64,000 nucleotides of DNA from Candidatus Latescibacterota bacterium (GTDB lineage Bacteria > Latescibacterota > UBA2968): positions 1,472,001 through 1,536,000 of the forward strand of contig OZ242010.1 of NCBI GenBank assembly GCA_965204745.1, written 5' to 3'. Below are positions 56,216 through 64,000 of the stretch, piece by piece. A program made the position numbers and the translations under genes. Positions within the stretch are counted from its first letter, which is position 1; every line of letters begins with the position of its first letter. The notes beneath the pieces were generated by a model. That model did no database searches and was not told the DNA's origin. It was given only the letters and a program-made list of their open reading frames with translations.

Positions 56216-57624
56216 ATGAAATTCTACAACAGAGAAATCGAACGGGCACTCCTTCAAGACCTGACCCAAAGATCGGCGCGATTCGCCCAATTCACCGCGA
56301 TCTTCGGGCGTCGCCGCGTGGGAAAAACAGAACTCGTGCGCCAGCACCTCCAAAATCGCGGCCTCTACTTCTTCGTGGAAAAACGCCCCTCCAATGCCCT
56401 TCTGGCCGAATTTTCAGCCACCCTCAAATCGCAGCGCGCCCACGCGCCCGCATTCACCAACTGGAAGGACTTTTTCGTCTTTCTCTTTGTCGAAACGCAA
56501 CGCCAACCCGAGATTGTCGTCTTCGACGAGTTTCAAAACTTTCTCGCCGTCGATCCCTCGGTGTATTCCATCCTGCAAGGCGTGTGGGACGACTGGCACA
56601 AACCGGCCAAAATCCATCTCATCGCCATCGGCTCTGTGGTGGGCCTGATGAAAAAGGTCTTCCAAGATGCCAAAGAACCCCTCTACGGTCGCCTCACCCA
56701 AGAAATCGACCTCGGCCCATTGCCCATCCAAGCCGTCTATCACATCGCCGCGGACCTCGGCTTTCAGTCGCCAGAAGACATCCTCACCCTCTACGGCATC
56801 TTCGGCGGCATGCCCCGGTATTACGAAATCATCGAGAGTTTGGGCCTAGGCGGTGCCTCCATCCGCCAAATTCTCCATCGCACGCTATTTGTGCCCTTTG
56901 CCCCTTTCCGCAATGAAATGCGCGACATCATCCTCTCCGAATTTGGAGGCGCGGCCCACACGTATTTGGCAATTCTCGAAGCCATTGCCACGGGCAAAAC
57001 CCGGCTATCCGAAATCGCCGGCCCCGCGGGGTTGCCGGCCACGAGCCTGTCCAAATACCTGCGCGACTTGTCCGCTCTGTTCGATCTCATCGAGCGCGAA
57101 GTGCCCATTACCGAGCGGTCTTGGCGCACGAAAAAAGCCGCTATAAAATCCGCGACCCTTTCATCACCTTCTGGATGCGTTTCATCTACCGGCAATTGAG
57201 CATTTACGAATCCGGCAATTTTTCGTATTTTCTCAACCACCTCGATACTTACGTGTCGGAATTTATGGGCTTTGCATTTGAAAATATCACGCGAGAACTG
57301 CTGCTCGACCTGAACCGGCAAAACCGCGTGCCCTTCTCCAGAATCGGCCGCTGGTGGGATAGACAAAGCGAAATCGACCTCGTCGCCCTCAACCCCGAAA
57401 CGCGCCAAACCCTATTCGTCGAATGCAAATGGACATCTATGCCGGTCGGCACGGGCGTTCTCAATGCCCTCAAGCAACGCGCCCAAAACCTCCACGCGGA
57501 CCAAGCCTTCTACCTCATCGCGTCCAAATCGGGATTTACCCATGCCCTCAAAAACCGCCGCGATCCACATCTCTACCTTTGGGACCTAAACGACATCGCA
57601 ACATCGCTCACCGAGAATTTTTAG
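56216..57624 (+). pseudogene. Archaeal-type AAA ATPase + wHTH + DUF234/PD-(D/E)XK protein, split by a -1 frameshift at A6 (57131-57136)
   Basis: KFYNREIE, IFGRRRVGKT, VFDEFQ, PLYGR, GGMPRY in the first frame; YKIRDPFITFW, FENITRE, GRWWDRQSEIDLV, VECKW in the -1 frame. Confidence 0.85.
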
Positions 57625-57704
57625 CGACTCCCGCTTTTGCTTTTATCCTTCCCGCTCGAGACATTGTTTTTCGTCTGAAAGTCATCAAACAAAAGGAATA
57701 AACT

Positions 57705-58886
57705 TTGTCAGAGACAATTTTAATCGGGTCATTGCCTCCCCCCATGACTGGACAGACCATTGCATTTCAGATGGTCTGCGAGGGTTTTCAGGAACGCGAA
57801 TTGCCCCATCGGGTGATTGACCTCAGTGGCAAAGAACACCAGAGGGCAGAGGGCGGTTTTTCGTTGCGGCGATTAAGACAACTTTTCAAACCCTTCTGCA
57901 ATGCCCTTATTTTGTTGGTAGGCCGGAAAAATCTATACCTCAGTGCCACTCAAAATTGGGCGGGATTTCTCAGAGATAGCACATTCATACTTTTGGCCGC
58001 TATCGGCAGGCAGCGCATTGTGATTCACGTACACGGGGGAAATTACGACGGCTTTTATGCCTCCCTTTCGCCCTTGCAACAGCACGTAGTGCGCGCTGTT
58101 CTCAAGTCTGTGGACAGAATATTGGTCCTTGGGAAAAGTCTGTTTGGCATGTTCGATTTTGAACCCGCTCTGCGGGATAAGATACAGGTCGTTTTCAACG
58201 GACTGCCGTACCAAATTGGGGAAACGCCCGTTGAACCAAAGCATCTGCCAAGAGGACAAGGGCGACCAAAGCTCCTCTTTCTCTCCAACCTGATTGTGAG
58301 CAAAGGCTACCTCCAAGTGCTCGAAGCACTGCACATCCTGGTACGCGACCGAGGAATCGACGCCGAATGTCATTTTTGTGGAAGTTTCGTCCTCGTGTCC
58401 GACATCTGTCCGTACTCAACCCCCAAAGAAGCGGAAGCCGATTTTTTGCACCGAATCAAAAAATATGGGCTCGGCGAACATGCGTTCTATCACGGCCCTG
58501 TCGATGGCAATGGGAAACTCCGTTTTCTTCAAAACAGTCACTTTTTTTTGCTTCCAACCCGCTATGTGTACGAAGGTCAACCGATATCGATCATCGAAGC
58601 TCTCGCGTTTGGGCTGGTTGTGATTACCACGCCCCATCGCACGATCCCGGAAATGGTAGAAGAAGGTGAGGCCGCGGAATTGATCCCCTTTGATCGGCCT
58701 GAAGAAATCGCCCGCGTGATCGAATTTTACATTCGAGATCCGGACGAGTTCTACGCGATGAGTCGAGCATCCATCAATCGGTACCGCGAGACATTTACCC
58801 GAGAACAACACCTTAATAGGCTAATCCCTCTTATTTTGCCTAGTAGTACGCCGCTGACGAATCGTCCACGAGGCGATTCTTTTTGA
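57705..58886 (+). CDS. Glycosyltransferase family 4
   Basis: PPPMTGQ, IHVHGG, LFLSNLIVSKG, LPTRYVYEGQPISIIEALAFG; lower GC than neighbours. Confidence 0.9.
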   Translation: MSETILIGSLPPPMTGQTIAFQMVCEGFQERELPHRVIDLSGKEHQRAEGGFSLRRLRQLFKPFCNALILLVGRKNLYLSATQNWAGFLRDSTFILLAAIGRQRIVIHVHGGNYDGFYASLSPLQQHVVRAVLKSVDRILVLGKSLFGMFDFEPALRDKIQVVFNGLPYQIGETPVEPKHLPRGQGRPKLLFLSNLIVSKGYLQVLEALHILVRDRGIDAECHFCGSFVLVSDICPYSTPKEAEADFLHRIKKYGLGEHAFYHGPVDGNGKLRFLQNSHFFLLPTRYVYEGQPISIIEALAFGLVVITTPHRTIPEMVEEGEAAELIPFDRPEEIARVIEFYIRDPDEFYAMSRASINRYRETFTREQHLNRLIPLILPSSTPLTNRPRGDSF

Positions 58887-59066
58887 TGGGACAGTAATAG
58901 GTCTTTTGTAAGTGCTCAATGTGAAGCATGACCGCTGTGAGTATTGATCTTCGATTCAGTTCTTTTTTTTGTCCTATTCATTAAGAATGATGCGTTATTT
59001 GACCTTTCCCCATCAAACCCCTATATTTGATTGCTCAAAAAAATAAAAAACGAGGAGAATTTTGCG

Positions 59067-60035
59067 ATGAAAATTCATGTTTATGTCAGTCACGAAGGCG
59101 TTCAGGAAAGTTTGTTGCGCGAATGGATCACACGCGGTCATGAAATCTACCTCACCGAAGGCATTGGACGCTGGAAAGAAGAAATGGCACCGATAGCCGA
59201 AGGCGTCAAACGCGAATGGCCGCGCAATCCCGATATTATATGGGTCGGCTCAACGCAGGATGTGGGCTACGCCTTGCTGTACAAATGGAAAAAACTCCGC
59301 CCGCGCATTCCCATTGTGCTCACGCATTGGTGGGTGCCCTCAACCGTGCGATTTGCGAAAACCGTGTACAAATTCGCCCACCAAATCAGCGTGTGCGAAT
59401 GGGGTCGCGAATACCTCATGGAACACCACGACATGGATTCGGCGGTCATGTATTGCCCGGTCGATCCCGACATTTTCACCCTCAAAGAAGAAGAACCCGA
59501 TCCCAAGCGCGTCTTGTGCGTGGGCAATCACTTTGCCTCGCGCGACATCATGGGCTGGGAATATCTCGAACCCATCATGGCAAAAGTCTATGAAAAAGAC
59601 CCCGAAGTGCATTTTGAGTTTTTAGGCGTCAATCCCGAAATCGATCCCGCCAACTATCCCAATGTCTCCAAGCGCGCCCTCCCGCAAAACGAAATGCCCG
59701 ATATCCAAGCCCGAGCGCGATGCGTCGCGATCACCACCACCTTCAACCTCATCCCGCATTCGCTCTTGGGCGCGATGGCATTGGGCCGCAACGTCGTCGC
59801 ATTTGATCTCCCATCGCTCCATGAAGTCATCGAACCCGGAAAAAGCGGCTACCTCATTCCGCGCTACGACACGGACGCTTTTGCCGCCCAAATCCTGCAA
59901 CTCACCAGCACGCCCGTCGATCCGGAAATAGGCATCAGAGCACGCGAAAACGTCTTAGCCAAATGCGACCACCGCCTCGTAGCATCGCAGTACGAAGCAT
60001 TCTTTCAAGCGGTGTACAACGGCGACAGGCGTTGA
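59067..60035 (+). CDS. Glycosyltransferase family 4-like
   Basis: CPVDPDIF, AMALGRNVVAFD..HEVIEPGKSGYLIP. Confidence 0.8.
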   Translation: MKIHVYVSHEGVQESLLREWITRGHEIYLTEGIGRWKEEMAPIAEGVKREWPRNPDIIWVGSTQDVGYALLYKWKKLRPRIPIVLTHWWVPSTVRFAKTVYKFAHQISVCEWGREYLMEHHDMDSAVMYCPVDPDIFTLKEEEPDPKRVLCVGNHFASRDIMGWEYLEPIMAKVYEKDPEVHFEFLGVNPEIDPANYPNVSKRALPQNEMPDIQARARCVAITTTFNLIPHSLLGAMALGRNVVAFDLPSLHEVIEPGKSGYLIPRYDTDAFAAQILQLTSTPVDPEIGIRARENVLAKCDHRLVASQYEAFFQAVYNGDRR

Positions 60036-60106
60036 AAAAAAATAAAAAGAGGTGCCCAATAGCACCTCTTCATCGAACCTACCCGCCCTTTCTATCAAAA
60101 AAAACA

Positions 60107-60143
60107 TCTCCCCTCCTCGTTTCGGGGAGGGGCCGGGGGAGGG
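60107..60143. repeat. Hairpin repeat TCTCCCCTCCTCGTTTCGGGGAGGGGCCGGGGGAGGG
   Basis: Resembles the 43786/43934 inverted repeats; sits between convergent genes. Confidence 0.55.
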
Positions 60144-60168
60144 ATCGTATTTGATTTTAAGACAACTT

Positions 60169-60510
60169 CTAAACGACCAGAACCTGCGTCTTTTCCAAAA
60201 GTTGCAAGCACAACGCCCGCATCTCTTCCAATTCGTGACGCAACGCCCGCTTGGCCTCTTCGGCCGGCAGATGCGCGAACAAATCCGGCAACTGCACTCC
60301 GCGGCTCATAATGGCATCGGCTACTCGGTTTTGGAAATGCTCGCGAACATAGAGACAGTTGTCCGCGTGATAAAAACATCGAATCGCCTCAGCAGAACTC
60401 AACGCACCGCTGTTCAATGACTGCACAAGTCCCAGATTCAAAAATGCAAACGACGCCAATTCCGCCGTGGAATTGCCATTGGAATCCGATAGCAGAATGC
60501 GAACTTTCAT
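60169..60510 (-). CDS. Putative immunity/antitoxin protein (DUF3969-like)
   Basis: Helical 113 aa: FLNLGLVQSLNSGALSSAEA..FY, IMSRGVQLPDL, LEEMRALCLQLL; ATGA-coupled to the upstream gene. Confidence 0.55.
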   Translation of the reverse strand: MKVRILLSDSNGNSTAELASFAFLNLGLVQSLNSGALSSAEAIRCFYHADNCLYVREHFQNRVADAIMSRGVQLPDLFAHLPAEEAKRALRHELEEMRALCLQLLEKTQVLVV

Positions 60511-60749
60511 AACGCCACCGTAAAATATTTCACACCAGCAACAGCACCTGATTCGCGTTCAAAATAATGGATTTCGCCAGAAGTGCCTTTTTTGATAACC
60601 TTTTGCCATCTGCCCGGCCGCAAATTTCGCAACACCAATAGAACAGAGCGATTTCGAACCGGATATTTAACCGTCCCTCCTCGAACGGGCCTCCATCCCA
60701 AAGGCACTGATCTGGACGCATAGACATCTGGATAGAGATAGAGCGGCAT
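60507..60749 (-). CDS. Small basic protein resembling a polymorphic-toxin C-terminal nuclease tip
   Basis: GRWQKVIKKG..EIHYFERESGAVAGVKY pattern; SD AGGTGG; lower GC. Confidence 0.5.
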   Translation of the reverse strand: MPLYLYPDVYASRSVPLGWRPVRGGTVKYPVRNRSVLLVLRNLRPGRWQKVIKKGTSGEIHYFERESGAVAGVKYFTVAL

Positions 60750-60907
60750 TCAAACCACCTCATGCAATATATCTTTTGCGAGATACTTCCACAACAGCAG
60801 ATCCAAACATACCGCTTGTATCTTTGGGCGACATCGCCGTTGAAATAGCTGTCGTCAGTTGTACCCCGCTCGTGGCTAAACTTCCATCTTATTTTTTGGG
60901 AAAACCA

Positions 60908-62476
60908 ATGGCAAAAAAACGCCAACGCCGCACGCGCCGTCAAACAACGCCATCAGCCCCTGGCCCTCGGGCCTCAAAACGGCACTTTGACCTGACGCGC
61001 TACGAAAGCAAACCCTATTTTTTGCCCGTGCTCGGTCTGTGCGGGTTGCTCATGGGCCTGCTCCTTTTCGACGCCAACCTCTCCCTTAGTGGCGACAACG
61101 CCAACTTCATCAACCTGGGTCGCTCCCTCGCGGGTGGGCTCGGCCTTGTGGAAACCATTGGCGGCGGCGATCCCATTCCACACACCAAATACCCCTTTGG
61201 CTTTCCGCTTCTCCTCGCCGGGGTCGAAATCGTCTTTCCTGGAAATCTCATCGCACTCAAGGGGCTCGTGGTCCTCCTCTACGCCATCTCAATTCCCCTC
61301 ACCTACCTCCTCATCCGCTGCTTTGCCGGCGCGCCCATGGCCTTGGGCGTCAGCGCGTTGTGCCTCGTCTCGCCTCCGCTGTTGGATTTTTCGCACCAAG
61401 TCATGTCCGAAATCCCCTTCCTGACCTTTTCTCTCTTGGCACTTTTTCTGTTGCATCGCGCCCACAACGCCGAATCGCCCAACGCCCAACTCGCCCTCGC
61501 AACACTCGCCATCATCGCCGCGTACTACATTCGCAGCGCGGGCATCCTGCTCGTCGGCACGGGCGTGCTCTTTTTCGTCTTGAACAAAAAATGGAAAGAA
61601 GCGGGCATCATCGCAGGCGGGTGTTTTCTGCTCGCCCTCCCGTGGCAAATCCGCACAGCAGCACTCGGCGGCAACGACTACATCCGCCAACTGCTCAGCA
61701 TCAACCCCTATCGCCCGGAACGAGGGCCTCTCACCTTCCCCACGCTGATCGAACGCCTCATCGACAATTTTGAAGCTTATGGCCTGCACGTCATCCCGCG
61801 GATCTTTGTCCCCTCTTTTGGCGAGGTCACGCTTTTTATCGGCCTCGTCTTTTCCGGCTCGATCCTCTACGCCCTGATCGCTGGCCTGATGAAACGACAC
61901 TTATTGGCCGTGTACCTCACCTGCTACTTGGGCCTTCACATGCTCTGGCCGCAAGTGTGGGCAGACACGCGCTTCCTGGTCCCGGCCATCCCCATCTTGT
62001 TCTACGCCGCGCTTACGAGCGTTGACGAACTCCTCGGCCTGCTCGCCAAAGCCGTAAAAAAATCTGCCTCTCGCGCTGGCCCCGTACTCTTCTGCCTCTT
62101 TCTCCTCGGCTCAAACCTCTTTGCCACCAACGACCTCGCGGACCGCATCGGCCGGTTCCCACCCAACTGGGACAACTACTTCGCCGCTGGGGAATGGATC
62201 AAAAACAACGCGGATCCACACGTCAAAATCGCCTGCCGCAAGCCCTTTTTGATGAACGCGGTCTCCAACCGCAAAACCTCGGGGTACCCATGGAAAGGGC
62301 CGGATCAGATCGTCGCCGACTTTGAAAAAAACAACATCGCCATCGTCGTCATCGACCAACTCGGATTCCGATCCACGCCCGAATTTCTCGTTCCCGCGGT
62401 TCAGGCACGCGCTGACCGCTTTGAAGTCATCCACGTCATCCCCAACCCCGACACCTACGTCTTGTCGTTCAAGTGA
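60908..62476 (+). CDS. GT-C (ArnT/PMT-like) membrane glycosyltransferase
   Basis: SGDNANFINLGRSL, KYPFGFPLLL, VMSEIPF, YYIRSAG, RFLVPAIP, AGEWIKNN. Confidence 0.8.
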   Translation: MAKKRQRRTRRQTTPSAPGPRASKRHFDLTRYESKPYFLPVLGLCGLLMGLLLFDANLSLSGDNANFINLGRSLAGGLGLVETIGGGDPIPHTKYPFGFPLLLAGVEIVFPGNLIALKGLVVLLYAISIPLTYLLIRCFAGAPMALGVSALCLVSPPLLDFSHQVMSEIPFLTFSLLALFLLHRAHNAESPNAQLALATLAIIAAYYIRSAGILLVGTGVLFFVLNKKWKEAGIIAGGCFLLALPWQIRTAALGGNDYIRQLLSINPYRPERGPLTFPTLIERLIDNFEAYGLHVIPRIFVPSFGEVTLFIGLVFSGSILYALIAGLMKRHLLAVYLTCYLGLHMLWPQVWADTRFLVPAIPILFYAALTSVDELLGLLAKAVKKSASRAGPVLFCLFLLGSNLFATNDLADRIGRFPPNWDNYFAAGEWIKNNADPHVKIACRKPFLMNAVSNRKTSGYPWKGPDQIVADFEKNNIAIVVIDQLGFRSTPEFLVPAVQARADRFEVIHVIPNPDTYVLSFK

Positions 62477-62561
62477 CGCCCCATTCGGATTTGTCAAAAA
62501 ACATGTGCTTTGCTATCTTTGTCTCGAACCACCGCTTTCAACCTCATCCACGTCACCCGCT

Positions 62562-63491
62562 ATGATCGACCTCACCCTCGTCATTCCCCTGCTCGATGAA
62601 AAAGAGAGCCTGCGCCCGCTCATGCGACAAATCCGAGACGCGCTCGCCAAACGAGACCTGACCTACGAAGTCATCTTCATCGACGACGGCAGCACCGACG
62701 GTTCGATCGACGTCCTCCAAGAACTACACGCGGCCCATCCCCAAGTGAAGGTCATCCAGTTTCGGCGCAACTTTGGCAAAGCCGCTGCGTACACCGCGGG
62801 CTTTCAACGCGCACGCGGCGCCTGTGTCATCACGATGGACGCGGACCTGCAAGACGACCCGGAGGAAATCCCCAACCTGCTGGACAAACTCGACGAGGGC
62901 TACGACCTCGTCTCCGGCTGGAAAAAAAAACGCTTCGACCCCTTGGGCAAAACCCTGCCCTCCAAATTTTTCAACTGGGTCACCGGTTGCGTCTCGGGCA
63001 TCGGCATCCACGACTTTAATTGCGGCCTCAAAGCCTATCGCAACGAAGTCGTCAAAGACGTGCGCGTTTTCGGCGAACTCCATCGCTACATCCCGGTGCT
63101 CGCCCACATGGAAGGCTACCGCATCGGCGAAATTCCCGTGCGGCATCACCCCCGGCAATTTGGCGTCACCAAATACGGTTGGGGCCGCCTGTTCAAGGGC
63201 TTTTTCGACCTGCTCACCGTCATGTACATCGGCAAATACATGAGCCGCCCGCTCCACTTGTTCGGCACAGTGGGCCTCATCTTTGGCATCGTGGGAATGG
63301 TGATCAACATCTTCATCGCATCGCTCTGGCTGCAAACCGGCACCATCCAATACCGCTACCCCCTGTTGATGCTCGGCGTCTTCCTCACCGTGCTCGGCGT
63401 GCAATTCGTCTGCACGGGCCTGCTCGCCGAAATGTTCACCCGTGGCCCTCGGCCCAACGAAAAATTCAATATCCGCAAAATTTTGGAGTAA
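62562..63491 (+). CDS. Glycosyltransferase family 2 (polyprenol-phosphate glycosyltransferase, ArnC/DPM1-like)
   Basis: VIFIDDGSTD, FRRNFGKAAA, TMDADLQDDP, HDFNCGLKAY, GELHRYIP; two C-terminal TMs. Confidence 0.93.
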   Translation: MIDLTLVIPLLDEKESLRPLMRQIRDALAKRDLTYEVIFIDDGSTDGSIDVLQELHAAHPQVKVIQFRRNFGKAAAYTAGFQRARGACVITMDADLQDDPEEIPNLLDKLDEGYDLVSGWKKKRFDPLGKTLPSKFFNWVTGCVSGIGIHDFNCGLKAYRNEVVKDVRVFGELHRYIPVLAHMEGYRIGEIPVRHHPRQFGVTKYGWGRLFKGFFDLLTVMYIGKYMSRPLHLFGTVGLIFGIVGMVINIFIASLWLQTGTIQYRYPLLMLGVFLTVLGVQFVCTGLLAEMFTRGPRPNEKFNIRKILE

Positions 63492-63497
63492 CCAGCT

Positions 63498-64000
63498 ATG
63501 GTGCAAAAAAACATCCTCGTCACAGGCGGGATGGGATTTATCGGCTCTCACCTCGTCGATGAACTCGTACAACGCGGGCATCGCGTCCGTATTTTCGACA
63601 ACCTCGATCCCCAAGTACACCCCCACGGCGCAGTGCCGGAGTACGCCAACCCCCATGCCGAATTTATCCGCGCCGACATCCGTGACCGCGACGCGCTCAA
63701 AAAAGCACTCGCGGGCATTGAAATCGTTTTCCACAAAGCCGCTGCGGTCGGCATGGGACAATCGCAATACGAAATCAAAAAATTCGTGGACATCAACACC
63801 GGGGGCACGGCGAACCTGCTCGATATCCTCGCCAACCACGAGCACCGGGTCGAAAAACTCATCGTCGCGGCGTCGCAAACCAGCTATGGCGAGGGGCTTT
63901 ACACCTGTGCGGAACACGGCACGCAGTACCCGGGCCCGCGTCCAAATGCCCAACTCGCACAGGCACAATGGGAACACCAATGCCCGGTCTGCGGCACCGA
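63498..64000 (+). CDS. NAD-dependent epimerase/dehydratase (5' part, runs off window)
   Basis: MVQKNILVTGGMGFIGSHLVDELV..RIFDNLDPQVH..HKAAAVGMGQSQYEI. Confidence 0.9.
   Translation, partial: MVQKNILVTGGMGFIGSHLVDELVQRGHRVRIFDNLDPQVHPHGAVPEYANPHAEFIRADIRDRDALKKALAGIEIVFHKAAAVGMGQSQYEIKKFVDINTGGTANLLDILANHEHRVEKLIVAASQTSYGEGLYTCAEHGTQYPGPRPNAQLAQAQWEHQCPVCGT

Noticed and set aside
57128-57140. Canonical programmed -1 ribosomal frameshift (A_AAA_AAG)
   Set aside because: The A6G run is phased G_AAA_AAA_G, not A_AAA_AAG, so the classical slippery heptamer is out of frame; an indel or slippage is more likely.

Overview
Bacterial chromosomal window. The EF-hand/dockerin-like surface protein, sulfatase, ankyrin gene and dense intergenic micro-repeats suggest a Latescibacterota/Poribacteria-like marine or sponge-associated organism (inference only). 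Bases 1-8972 hold a complete type I-C CRISPR-Cas locus on the minus strand (cas3-cas5-cas8c[cas11]-cas7-cas4-cas1-cas2, leader, at least 11 repeats running off the window). The most striking feature is that degenerate solitary copies of the CRISPR repeat sit directly in front of the start codons of cas4, cas1, cas2 and possibly cas7, and in the leader, so the cas mRNA itself looks like a processable CRISPR-like transcript. The rest is largely housekeeping (aroA, dppBC, tsaE, oadGBA, chorismate mutase, trpAB, tyrS, uvrC, hisG/D/C/B). It merges into a large GT-C/GT2/GT4/flippase glycosylation cluster that carries several defence-like insertions: a PtuAB/Septu-like ATPase-HNH pair without a reverse transcriptase, a frameshifted ATPase-nuclease and a stand-alone toxin-immunity pair. 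A solitary HTH-restriction endonuclease lies after tsaE. Also seen: a candidate Na+-type riboswitch before oadG, a candidate 85-nt sRNA with promoter and terminator, and several families of small palindromic and heptamer repeats. All family assignments come from motif recognition by eye; no database searches were run.
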